Assembly (NCBI RefSeq): GCF_001194135.2
Contig: NC_068985.1
Span: 54,822,510 to 54,855,102, forward strand
DNA: 32,593 bases
Reading direction: 5' to 3'
Origin: Octopus bimaculoides
Lineage: Eukaryota
Shown here: piece after piece, positions 11,436-22,924 of the stretch
Layout: each line of letters begins with the position of its first letter
Position numbering within the stretch: the stretch's first letter is position 1
Made by a program: the position numbers and the translations under genes
The notes under the pieces: model-generated
Seen by the model: only the letters and a program-made list of their open reading frames with translations
What the model was told of the DNA's origin: nothing
Database searches by the model: none

Positions 11436-12834
11436 ATATATATAAAGAAAACAGAAAATGGAGAAATATTGATGAACAACAATTGACTTACATCAGTTAT
11501 TATTTATTAATTCAATACAAATAGACTGCATCCCATCTAACATCTGTTGCTGCTTCCAATGTTGATGTTGTTGCCATTGATATGCTAAAAGTATTTATCA
11601 TATTTGGTAATAAAACCGATCTGAAACATGGAGCTTCATGAGAGTGAAGAATAAATAAAAAAAAACAGAAGAGCCTAGAGAAGAAAAAGGAAAAGTCGAA
11701 TATGGTTGTAATCATACCATTTTGCTTGTGTATCTCCTTGGTTAAACATAGGTAATATACTGGTAGTATAATGGGTACTTCTGTCCCTTATTTTAGCCTC
11801 TATCTCAGCTAACCTCTTATGTATATATGTATATATCTTTGGGTTAGAATTGAACTTGGAACATTCTTTTATAATTCCTGATGTGGTTTCAGGATAATGC
11901 AATCATTGTTTTGTCTGTTGGGGCTACAAAACATTTGCATGTCTTTCTATAATATAATTATGTGTTGTCAACTATTTTTCTACTTTTGTTTTTGTGTTGT
12001 AATGATATAGTGCATTGCAATTACTATTTGTTGTAAGTGCATGGTAAACTGGCAGGAGAGTGTTGTACATGTATGACCAATATAACTGTTGGAGTCTTCA
12101 AGTTTACTATTTTCACATTTACAAACAAATTTACAAATCACATTTGTGTTCAGTTCAAAATAATATAATAAGAATATTAAAACATTGCAAGAGGAATGTA
12201 AATAGATCTAATGTAGTGAGGGTGCCTAGGACATCTGGATGCTGAACAATATGGTTGATAGTATCTAAAGCTTATACCTTACAGGTTACAGCTAAAGAGG
12301 AAAATAGAGGATTGATGGATCAGAGAGAAGTGAATTTGTTTGGATAAAATAAGGAGAGAAGCAAAAAACATAGTGGTAGGGAGGAGGGGTAGGTAAAACA
12401 GGATGGGATGGTTGAAAGAAGACAATGGTATGTGGAGAGGGTTTGGAGGGGCACTTTCCTTCTCTGTTTCCTCCTCTTAATCCCATCCCACACCACACCA
12501 CCTGTTATTGTTTTGTATATATGCAATTCTTACATTCCTCGTATTATTTCCTTTGCCTGTTGACAACAGCCATTATCATGCCATCAGTTGGATGAACAGC
12601 TTTCATTGCCTGTGGTCAGGTGCACTCTTACAAACACATGGATGTGTTTGCCTGTGTTTGTATCCTTGCTGTCTGCGTATATTCATATCTCTATTGTCTA
12701 CAGACGTGTGTGTGTGTGTGATATTCGTGCCTCTGTGTGTTCTATTGTCCTTAAGCTCTGTTGACATTTCCTGGTTCTTACTGACCTTCTCTCCACTTGT
12801 GTATTACACATGTTTAGATCTCAGATCTTTCAGT

Positions 12835-13150
12835 CTCTGGTGAATTGGCAGAATCGTTAGAGCACCAGACAAAATATCTCGCAGGATTTGTTTCAACCTT
12901 TTACATTCCAAGTTCAACTCTCATCCCAGTACTAACAGGTATTGGGATTAATAAAATTGACTGTTCCTCTCTTCCAAATTCCAAGCCTTGTGCCAATGTT
13001 AGAAACCAAGTTGGCTGAGAAAAATGTCTTATAGCTTTTGCTCTGGTTCTTTTATGTTTTGTGTTCAAATCCAGCTACAGTTAAGTTATCCTTTCAGGTT
13101 CAATAAAATAAAGTAACAGTCAAGTACTGGAGTCAATGTAATCAACTTAC
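12835..13150 (+). mobile_element. Two degenerate family A SINE remnants
   Basis: TGAATTGGCAGAATCGTTAG head, AAGCCTTGTGCC tail and AATAAAGTAACAGTCAAGTACTGGAGTCAATGTAATC core. Confidence 0.6.
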
Positions 13151-13639
13151 CCGTCATGACTACCTGTCTGATAAGGGCACCAGGCGCATGCATCACAACC
13201 ATATGTGCATGACATGTTGATCTCTTGTCAAGATAAACAATGCATGACTTTGCAAGGTAGGAGGCAGTTCTAACTTTTTACACGTTGACTAGCCTATCCT
13301 GCTCAAAAGGCAACTGAATAAGGGTTGTTTTAAGGATGATGAACGAATCAAACCCCAAAGAGTTCTTCTCAACGCATGACTATGATGCTCTCTCATTACT
13401 CTTGCTATTGATCAGAGATGCACACACCATCAGCCTTAATCATGCCCAACAGGTTAAGGTCAAGCAACTGATAAGCAGATCTGCAGTATTGAGCAGAATA
13501 TTTTACTGTAGTCCAGCTTTTACACCAAGACAAAACATGTACATGATAACATTTCCAATCAGTTATGATCAGAAGCTGTGAGAACCACTGCCTAGTACTG
13601 CATCAGGGCATTTGTTATTATTATTATTATTATTACTAC

Positions 13640-13803
13640 TATTGAAGACATTGCACAGTATCCAAGATTGAAGGTGTTCTGTATACTGTGGATTTGTACT
13701 GTCTGTCAAGTCACAATAAGGACCTCAGATAGTATATGTGCAGTTCCAAGTAAAGCCAATTTTTGCAATTTACCAAGATTGTAGGGTATTTCTAAAGTCT
13801 CTG
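13640..13803 (-). mobile_element. R4/Dong-clade LINE 3' terminus, with an adjoining (AAT)n run
   Basis: The minus strand reads ETLEIPYNLGKLQKLALLGTAHILSEVL, which resembles the LQKxALLGTAxILRxVL terminal motif. Confidence 0.7.
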
Positions 13804-13830
13804 TCGTTGTCAGTGGTGGCGGAAGAGGGG

Positions 13831-14070
13831 GGAGTGGCAAGCTGGTTGAATCGTTAATGCACTGGAAAAAATGCTTAGCAGCATTCCTTCAGTTTATACA
13901 TTCTGAGTTCAAATGTCGTCTGGGTTGACTTTGCCTTTTATCCTTTCAGGGTCGATAAAATAAGTACCAGTTGAATGCTGGGGTTGATATAATAGATTAT
14001 CCCCTTCCCCTCAAATCTCAGGCCTTGTGCCTATAATAGAAAGGATTATTATTCTTGTTGTTATTATTAT
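13831..14070 (+). mobile_element. Family A SINE, near full length
   Basis: Head, CTGAGTTCAAAT, GCCTTTTATCCTTTCAGGGTCGATAAAATAAGTACC core, and CTCAGGCCTTGTGCCTATAATAGAAAGGATTATT tail. Confidence 0.85.
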
Positions 14071-14919
14071 TAGGTTGGTAGATGATAAATTTGATAATTT
14101 ATGGGACAAACTACTGTGGTTAAAGGAGATGTAAATCTCAGCCTTTTGCATTTAAACCTCATCATATACTGGAGTAAATATAATCATCTATACTCTCCCA
14201 TTGCCAAAAATGTCTGTGTGTGTGTGTGGTATAAATAATAGTTAATGAAACAAAGTTTTCATCAGTGTTGAATGGTTGTTGTTGATCTGTTTGTTATTTT
14301 AATTACTTTGTTAAAGTTGTTATGCTATCAAGTAATTGTTTTTTTTTTTTCATTAACCTCTGTTTTTCAATGTCTTCATTTTCTCAGAATCTTGTCCTTT
14401 CTGCATGGGTCTTTATTCTCTTACTGTCTTGTTATTCTCAAATCCGTATAATTTGTAGTTGGTCACTTTGATCACATCCAGTTGTGTCAGCATATCTGAT
14501 GCCACCTTTGGTGCTCATTTGTCATCATCATCATCATTATACTCATCATTATCATCATAACACTTCAACATCCATCCATTTGTCTTTCTGTTTAATAATA
14601 ATGATAGTAATTATATACATATATACGCTACACTGAAATGATATCCTTTGTGTCCAACTCATTCCCTATATCTAATCATCAGGCACACTATTTTCACTCT
14701 CTGCATTTCCTATTCTGTCTCATATTCATATTGTACTTGGACCTCATACTTCTCTCTCTCTTTCTCTCTCCATCGTACTCACTCACTCACTCTTCTCTCT
14801 CCTCTCTCTCTTCTCTCTCTTCTCTCTCTCTCTCTCCATGTATTCACCTCTTCAGCAAGGCACCTGCTTCCCTCTCTCTATCATAGTTTCTTATTCCTCC
14901 TATCTATACCTCGCTCAGT

Positions 14920-15160
14920 GGAGGGCTTTTATCTTGCAGGTACCTAGTCAACCTCACTGGTGCTAGTGCCACATAAAACAGCATCCAGTATACTCTGTCA
15001 AGTGGTTGGCATTAGGAAGGGCATCCAACTGTAGAAACCATGCCAGAGCAGACACACAACCTGGCAGAGCCTTCTGGTTCAGCTGTTCATTTCAAGTACT
15101 AGTTGAGAACTGGGGATAGTCTATTACATTGATCCCAGCTCTCAACTGGTACTTATTTCA
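14920..15160. mobile_element. Family C SINE fragment (+) followed by short family A remnants
   Basis: AGGAAGGGCATCCAACTGTAGAAACCATGCC motif. Confidence 0.55.
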
Positions 15161-15329
15161 TGCTAGTATGGTAAAAGGGAGACATTTAATGATGATGATA
15201 ATGTATATATAACCTGTATGGTCTGGCTAAGTCAAAATGGTTTTTTGTATTCCTCCTTTCTACTTGGAGAGTTTAGATTTAATTATAAGAATATGTCCTT
15301 CTGTTTAAATGTAATTTCATTAAATTTCT

Positions 15330-15440
15330 ATATCTTTGTGCAGCTGAAGATTGCTCTACATTTTATATTTGATATAATGTTTACATTGCTCAGTTAAATG
15401 GGGTCGCATGAAACGACTGTACTGCATTAACTTCGGATAT
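15330..15440 (+). ncRNA. Type I hammerhead-ribozyme motif, family A copy 1
   Basis: TGCAG(15339-43)-CTGAAGA(15344-50)-long stem II-GAAA(15410-13)-C...GTA(15419-21)-CTGCA(15422-26), with a distal ATATC/GATAT pairing. The base of stem II is a U-U mismatch. Paired by eye. Confidence 0.65.
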
Positions 15441-15455
15441 CCTTGTTGCTTATTT

Positions 15456-15457
<2 letters not shown>

Positions 15458-15538
<81 letters not shown>
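15458..15538. repeat. (TA)n microsatellite
   Basis: Read directly from the sequence. Confidence 0.97.
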
Positions 15539-15543
<5 letters not shown>

Positions 15544-16044
15544 ACAATAGTTGAGATGATCTGTGATACATCATCTTTATAATTATCTCAGTCTGATGTC
15601 ATTTCATCTGTTTATCACCAACATTGTTTTTTTACTAACCTTCAATCTCTGTGAAATACACATCCCTCATTCCTTCACCTACCTCTCTTTGAACTTTCCA
15701 ACACTGATACATATCACTTTACTCTTTGCATGCAACACATTTTCCAATCTATATAAATTTAATCACTGCATGCAGTGCACCTTCCAGTCTATAAATTTGA
15801 TCCTTTGATCATCTTTGTATCTTAAGAGTAGTCTCTTAACATTTTGTGCACCATTGTGCATATATGTGTGAATGTATATGTGTGTATGTGTGCACGTATA
15901 TGTGTTTATATATAGGTGTGTGTGTATATGTGTGTGTGTATATGTGTGCATGTGTGTATATGTGTGTGTGTGTGTATATATGTGTGTGTATATATATGTA
16001 TGTATGTATGTGTGTATATATATATATGTATATATAATTTTTCT

Positions 16045-16141
16045 ATATCTTTGTGCAGCTGAAGATTGCTCTGCATTTTACATTTAATGTAATGCTCGCA
16101 TTACTTAAATAAATGGAGTGGCATGAAACGTGCGTACTGCA
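16045..16141 (+). ncRNA. Type I hammerhead-ribozyme motif, family A copy 2
   Basis: TGCAG(16054-58)-CTGAAGA(16059-65)-stem II with inner GTAATGC/GCATTAC hairpin-GAAA(16125-28)-CGTGC-GTA(16134-36)-CTGCA(16137-41). Stem III ACGUGCGU is self-complementary if G-U pairs are allowed. Confidence 0.7.
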
Positions 16142-16313
16142 ATAACCTTTAAAATCCGTGTTGCTTTTTTTGATTTTTGATCACCTTGTTTTTGGAATTG
16201 TTTGGATAATACCATACTATATTCTGGTGCCTAAACTTAAGTGCCACATTCAATTTTGAATCTAGATTTTATATATATATTTATCTGTAATATAATATGT
16301 GACAATTATTCGG

Positions 16314-16388
16314 TTGCCATAATAAAACTCCAAGTTTCGGATGTCAGTGTGGAAACCTGTTCCGGCATCTTGTCAGTTATCAAGGCAA
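16314..16388 (-). ncRNA. Hammerhead motif family B, probably inactivated copy (core CUGACAA, i.e. G8A; GUU site)
   Basis: The reverse complement reads TTGCC-ttg-ATAA-CTGACAA-GATGCCGG...CTGACATCC-GAAACTTGGAGTT-TTATT-at-GGCAA. Confidence 0.6.
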
Positions 16389-16629
16389 TCAAAAAAATGC
16401 TATGAAAATGACTGTTAAACAAAGGGAAATTACTATGTAATTGACTGTTATTAAGACAAAAGAGCTATTAGAATGACCGTTAAATAAGGGGAAAAAACCA
16501 AAGGGGAGAAAGTAAAAAGTAAAGAAGTAAAAAAACTCATAGCAATCGCGTATGGGTACATGTACATACATGCACGCATGCACACCCACGTACATGTGCC
16601 AATATGCATATGCTCACTCACACTTGTGT

Positions 16630-17160
16630 GAAACACATACATGCGCACCCGCACATATGCCAATATATGCACATATATATGCAACCATGCATGTACACGT
16701 ATACATATCCACACACACCCATACGCACACAATTATATTCAAATACACCTCTAAAAATACATACATGCTATATATGCATCTACTCACTCACACTCACGTG
16801 AAATCAATGTACATCCACATATATATGCAACCATACACATGTACATATATATACATACGCACACACACACACACAATGTACACATATGCATATCCACACA
16901 CGTGCGCACACACACACACACACACACATACACGTGCACATACCCAAATGCGCACAATTATATTCAAATACACATCTGAAATACGTACATGCTATATATG
17001 CATAAGCTCAATCACACTCACGTGAAACACTCGCGTGTACACCCACATATATAAGCAACCATACACGTGTACATATACATGTACATATATATATACATAC
17101 CCACACGCGCACACACACACACGCACGCACACAAAAAGGTTCATATACACGTCTTTATAC
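16630..17160. repeat. Degenerate tandem units (about 225 bp) rich in CA/TA simple repeats, in the PLE 3' region
   Basis: CACAATTATATTCAAATACAC...CATGCTATATATGCAT...CACACTCACGTGAAA occurs near 16727 and near 16952. Confidence 0.75.
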
Positions 17161-17261
17161 GCACATGCACAAGAAAAATACAGGGTGAAAGGTAAAATAC
17201 AGAAAAAAATGTGTAAAAATATATGAAGCCATAAAAATATAAAAGATATATCTATAGCCAC

Positions 17262-17662
17262 AGGAGTGGCTGTGTAGTAAGTAGCTTGCTTACCAACCAC
17301 ATGGTTCCAGGTTCAGTCCCACTGCATGGCACCTTGGGCAAGTGTCTTCTACTATAGCCTCGGGCTGACCAAAGCCTTGTGAGTGGATTTGGTAGATGGA
17401 AACTGAAAGAAGCCCGTCATATATATGTATACATATATATGTATGTGTGTGTATATGTTTGTGTCTGTGTTTGTCCCCCCAAACATCACAACTGATACTG
17501 GTGTGTTTACGTCCCTGTAACTTAGCGGTTCGGCAAAAAGAGACCGATAGAATAAGTACTAGGCTTACAAAGAATAAGTTCTGGGGTCGATTTGTTCGAT
17601 TAAAGGCGGTGCTCCTGCATGGCTGCAGTCAAATGACTAAGACAAGTAAAAGAGTAAAGAGT
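17262..17662 (+). mobile_element. Family B SINE, young and apparently complete, inserted in the PLE
   Basis: GTGGCTGTGTAGTAAG A-box-like and GGTTCAGTCCC B-box-like motifs, ACCTTGGGCAAGTG (CORE-like), a microsatellite hinge and a (GAGTAAA)-type tail. Confidence 0.9.
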
Positions 17663-17722
17663 ATAAATATGTAAAAAATATATAAAAAATATATGTAAAA
17701 AGTATAGTGAGAGAAAATGCTT

Positions 17723-18514
17723 CTACGTGAACACAATATAAAAAGCAGGTTCTATCTGTGATCTTGGTGGGAGGGGGGACCAAAAACGTAACAAGTATTT
17801 AACCATATGTGGACATGATCCAAAATGTTCAGTTCTTGAATTTAGACATGTAGCTGGGTCTAAGCTGCTTTTCCAGATGAGCCATCTTTCAATATCACAA
17901 AGACTGCACTTTCCACTGCTGTTGGTGTAAGGTTTACACTTGGCTAAGATCTTCCAATGGATGTTGTAACTGACACCTTTATCTTTTAAGGACCATATAT
18001 GACTGGATAATTTGGTCATTTTCCTTTTATCCCAGTGCCTGAAGTTGAAGGTGTGATTGTTGAACCTGGCCTTAAAATTCCCCTCTGTAAGGCCCACATT
18101 GAAAACACCCTCTGTATCAGTAGTCTTGACCCACTCTGCGTTCTCACTGAGGAGTAAAGTCTTTCTAGCATGGAAGATTATGTCCTTATCTTGTGTACTA
18201 ATTTCTATAAATTCGCTTGCGAAGGTGAGGGCTTTATCTAGCAGTTCCCTAGAGATAGAGGCACAGAAATCGACAATATCGAATTGCGTAAATCTCACTT
18301 TATTCTTGTTCCTAATGGCTTTAAACAAGTCAACGACTTCTATACTGTTGGTCCATTGTACTAACCTAGTAGCATTCCTGACTTTCGCATTGATTTTTCC
18401 TAAAATTTCTTTACTAATAATACCAATTTCTGATTTAGCTGGGTTAATATTCCTACATTTAGGATTAGATAGGAAGTTCTTTTTATGGTCCTTGATAGTT
18501 ATAAAGGCCTCTGC
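17723..18514 (-). pseudogene. PLE ORF remnant: RT N-terminal part fused in frame to the GIY-YIG endonuclease C-terminal part
   Basis: AFITIKDHKKNF...PKCRNINPAKSEIG...FTQFDIVDFCASIS (PLE RT motifs up to about motif B) is joined at EGVFNV|GLTEG to FKARFNNH...LSSHIWSLKD...CSLCDIE...LNSRTEHFGSCPH. The catalytic YxDD motif is absent. Confidence 0.85.
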
Positions 18515-18757
18515 GAGTGTGAGTGAGCATATGCATATAGGCACATGTGCATGGGTGTACGTGCGTGCATGTGTATGTATGTTCATGTGCGTATACGCGA
18601 TTACTATGAGCTTTTTTACTTCTTTACTTTTTACTTTCTCCCCTTTGGGTTATTTCCCTTTATTTAACAGTCATTCTAATAGCTCTTTTGTCTTAATAAT
18701 AGTCAATTACATAGTAATTTCCCTTTGTTTAATGGTCATTTTCATAGCATTTTTTGA

Positions 18758-18832
18758 TTGCCTCAATAACTGACGAGATGCCAGAGCAGGTTTCCACACT
18801 GACATCCGAAACTTGGAGTCTTATTATGGCAA
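18758..18832 (+). ncRNA. Type I hammerhead motif family B with intact conserved core (CUGACGA...GAAA...GUC; predicted cut after C18820)
   Basis: Stem I is AATAA(18765-69)/TTATT(18821-25) plus distal TTGCC(18758-62)/GGCAA(18828-32). Stem II is GATGCCAG/CTGACATC with one mismatch and an extra C. Stem III is ACT/AGT. Confidence 0.75.
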
Positions 18833-19905
18833 CTGAATAATTGTCACATATTATATTACAGATAAATTCCTCTATTTACATAATATCGAGGTCTCATTCA
18901 TTCTTTTTTGTCTTACCATTACTATTAATATATATATATATATATATATATAAAGATATTCTATTATATTAAAAGGATTTATTTAGATAACCCTTGTACA
19001 TATGTTTCCATAGTAGATATCCACAAAATATTTAAGAAATAAATATTTGAAAATAAGTATCATTTCCTTGGCATTTGAAATCTGAATAAATGTGTAAGAT
19101 GAAGAAAAACATTGTGCTTGTTATTACAAGTTGAAGAACAATCATACTGTTGAAGTAAAACGAACAAAACAAAACGAAAAAGAACAAAGGAAATAGAATG
19201 GAGTAATGATAATAATGATCAAAACAAAATATGAAAGAAAGATTAAGAACGCATAATAAGTTAATGTACGTACACACACACACACACATTAGTTAGTACA
19301 GTTGATGTCCAGATTTGTGTCCTCATCTGATTTTTTCTCAAAACTTCCCGTAAAGTATTATTACATTCCAGCTGACCAGGATCCTTTATTTTTATTCAAT
19401 TTTATATCTAGATGAATTGCCCATATTTCATGGCTATGCAACAGACTTAGATATGCTTTGTATTATCTGCCTTTTGTCTCTTTTTAAGATTCTTTTTCAG
19501 CAAACCCCTGTTCTGTGTTCACTTTGTCTTTAATAAAATTTCTCATATCATCATTTGAAACTGTTAATACATAAGTGCCTCACAAATGAATGAAACTAAG
19601 ACAGTGGCTTTATACCAAACATGAAACTAGAATTCATGCAAGATGAAGGAGTCTATATACAGTACATATGGCAGCCAAAATTCCCTCAAATCACACCTTA
19701 CCATCTTTAAAAAAGGGAAGGATATATTAGATGATGTAGTTTGGTCAGAGCTGGAATATCTTTGATCATAGGCTTCTTGATTGGGAATGACCTGGGGCTA
19801 AACAATTACAAGAGTGCTTCATTGTGGGTTCTTGACTTTTAATTTCTGTCTTTATTAATTTAGTCTTTCACCTGCTTATAGCACCAATACCTGTTTTGTA
19901 TGATG

Positions 19906-20400
<495 letters not shown>

Positions 20401-20419
20401 TCTTTAACTCTTCTATTTT

Positions 20420-20640
20420 GGTCTCAATATCAATATTTATCGGTCTGTAGAACAGATATTTTGGCATTGTTCCAAGTAATTCTATGACATTATGGGTTAC
20501 TTCCACTCCTGTCTCTCCCACGATTTCCCTTGTTCTCTGGGATCAGATTCTCCAAAATCTTGTTTTCAATTCTTGTTCCTTTTTAAACTCTACTGCCATA
20601 TATGGTAAAGTAATATCTAGGATGTAGGATCTTACAATAA
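20420..20640 (-). mobile_element. Highly decayed R4/Dong-like endonuclease-region fragment
   Basis: Minus-strand DITLPY...VEVTHNVIELLGTMPKYL resembles the VIPIVIGALGTxPK motif. Confidence 0.4.
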
Positions 20641-20644
20641 TGGT

Positions 20645-21060
20645 TTCTGACTTAGGCACAAGAGTAGCAGTTATGAGGACTGGGGGTTAGTTGATACCAT
20701 TGACCCCAGTACTAATCTGGAGGGATGAAATTCAAAGTTGACTTCAGCAAGATTTGAACTCAGAATGTGAAGAACCAAATCTGCAAAGTATTTTGTCTGA
20801 TGCTCTGATGAATTGGCTGGTTTGCTGCCTTTACACTGCAATAATAATACTTGTTTCTAGCAGAGGTACATGATCTGAAACTTGAAGGTGGGTCTGAGTC
20901 AATATTGTTAATCCCAGTACATGACTGGCACTTTATTTCATCAACACCAAAAGCAAAGCTGATCTCAGCAAGATTTGAACTCAGAATATAATGAGCTGGA
21001 ACAAAAACCACAAAGTATTTTATATAGTACTTTAATGATTCTGTCAATCCACTGCCCCAC
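20645..21060 (-). mobile_element. Two family A SINE copies, reverse orientation
   Basis: AGCAAGATTTGAACTCAGAAT occurs twice, along with GACCCCAGTAC. Confidence 0.75.
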
Positions 21061-21074
21061 TACCCTACAATAAT

Positions 21075-21430
21075 AATGATATTTACCGATGTCATGTAAC
21101 TGGCACCTGTGCTGGTGGCACATAAAAAACATCTTTTGAGTGTTGGGCCTCATGGAGGCAATGACAAATGACCAAGACAAGTGAAATGTCAAGCCAAGTG
21201 GAATCATAGTCATGGTAGATACTGGTGTCACGCAACTGGCACCCATATGCACTCATATATGCACCCATTACATTCTTGAAGTGGTTGGTGTTAGGAAGGG
21301 CATCCAACTGTAGAAACCATGCCAAATCAGACTGGAGTCTGGTGTAGCCCCTCTGCTTACCAGTCGTGGTCAGACTGTCCAACCCATGCCAGCATGGACA
21401 ATGGATGCTAAATGATGATGATGATGATGA
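21075..21430 (+). mobile_element. Family C SINE
   Basis: AGGAAGGGCATCCAACTGTAGAAACCATGCCAAATCAGACTGGAG...CCATGCCAGCATGG...(GAT)n. Confidence 0.8.
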
Positions 21431-21834
21431 AACCATGAAATACATGGTTGTCTAACACACAAAAGTACCATAACATCTTACAGCAATCATATCCAATAGT
21501 AGTTTCTCGGAAAGTGTTACTCTCTCCTCACATTCTTATAAACTTCCACCCTCTCCTTCTCCTACCTGATCCACTGTCTGTTTTCTCTCTTGCTCCTTGA
21601 ACCTTTGCTCTGGCCCTCTATCACTGCCATCTTATTTTCATCCCAGCTACATACACCAACCCTTACTTAATGCAAGGTTGTGATGTAGCTTTTCTATAGC
21701 CAGACACCCAGGCTTGTTTCCCTGTCATACTCTAACCATGAACACCTGGCATAAAGCCACTGTTCTCCCTTCTCAAATGTTCTCTCCTCTTAGTCAAGGA
21801 GTCTTTTTCCTTTTCCCGTTCTTTTCCTGTCCTG

Positions 21835-22040
21835 CTAGTTACTTGGTGTCCTCACTAGTGCTGCTGTTGTGAAGACATGTCCAGTACACATTGTAAAGTA
21901 GTTAGGGTCAGGAAAAGCATCCAGTTGTAGCAACCATGTCAAAGCTGATTGGAACTTAATGCTGCCCTGTGACTTGCTGGATTCTGTCAAACTATACCAG
22001 CATGGAAAATGACACCAAATGATTCTGATGGTGATGATGA
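21835..22040 (+). mobile_element. Degenerate family C SINE
   Basis: AGGAAAAGCATCCAGTTGTAG...CCAGCATGGAAAATG...GATGATGAT. Confidence 0.65.
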
Positions 22041-22229
22041 TCTTCATGTCATTTATCATTTAAGTCCAAATTTCTTCCTAATCTCTCAGTGTATCATTTC
22101 CTTCAACCCAACAGTATTTTACCTTGTATTCTTTTCCTGCCACCATCCTACATTTATACTCTACATGGCTGATACTTTCATATACTTCTAAATCTGCTAC
22201 ATTACACATTGCCTTTGTCTTCAGGCTCT

Positions 22230-22470
22230 CTGACATCAATAAAATTAGTACTAGTAATATACTGGTATTGATTTACTTGACAGGGGTTCTTGTAAGCTGT
22301 GACATACTAGACATAGAAAGTTTCCTTATCAAAGCACAACTGAAGTGGGTTGGCCATGTGGCATGCAGGGAAGACGCCCGATTACTTAGGGCCTTCTTCT
22401 ATGGTCAGTTTAGCTCTTGTGTCAGTCACCAAGTTCACCCAATGCTTTATGAAAATACTCTAAAGACCTG
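22230..22470 (+). mobile_element. RTE-clade LINE RT-thumb fragment
   Basis: IESFLIKAQLKWVGHVACREDARLLRAFFYGQF resembles the RTE motif QLRWAGHVxRMxDxRxPKxxLYGEL. Confidence 0.8.
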
Positions 22471-22662
22471 CTTTAGTTGCTGGCCTTGTGCTAAAATTTG
22501 AAACCATTATTGATAGAAATAGCTCCCCTAACTCTGCTACAAGACAGTAAGTAGAGGGTCATTAGACCTTTTATTAGCAATTTGTTGAAACAATTCAACT
22601 TGGTTTTCAGAATTGTACTGTATATTACTGTTTTCAAATATTTACCATCTTTAATTTTTCAG

Positions 22663-22851
22663 CGGATGTCACTGCTGTCAGGCTTCATACTTCAAGTAAA
22701 CTCCGTTCTTAAAATAGAACCAGTTCCTATAGAGTTGCCAAAGACTGATTCCAAGGGAAAGGAAACTCTATGTATTGAAGCACCATCAATCTACAGTGGC
22801 TTAACTAATCTTCAGTTCCGTTTGTTGTCATTTCATCTCCTTCAAGGACAG
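22663..22851 (+). CDS. LIPE: Hormone-sensitive lipase-like gene, first exon visible in window (end of HSL N-terminal domain), phase 0-0
   Basis: Acceptor ttttcag and donor gtaagt. The 63 codons RMSLLSGFILQVNSVLKIEPVPIELP...LQFRLLSFHLLQGQ resemble the mammalian HSL segment ending VRLISYDLREGQ. Confidence 0.85.
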
Positions 22852-22924
22852 GTAAGTATCATCATTATTACCAAATTTAGATAAAAGAATCTTTCTTCAA
22901 AAAGATTTTATAACAGGTACAAAT

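Larger units (their letters stand above)
16279..18867 (-). mobile_element. Penelope-like retroelement (internally deleted) bounded by inverted ~350-bp pseudo-LTRs, with a SINE inserted in the 3' region
   Basis: 16279-16627 is the reverse complement of 18513-18867. The region carries an RT/GIY-YIG remnant ORF, and both repeats contain hammerhead motifs, which are established hallmarks of PLE pLTRs. Confidence 0.85.

Noticed and set aside
11675-11902. 75-aa minus-strand ORF as a retroelement fragment
   Set aside because: No motif could be matched with confidence.
18057-18773. 238-aa plus-strand ORF
   Set aside because: It is the antisense shadow of the PLE ORF plus the pLTR, with no independent protein signal.
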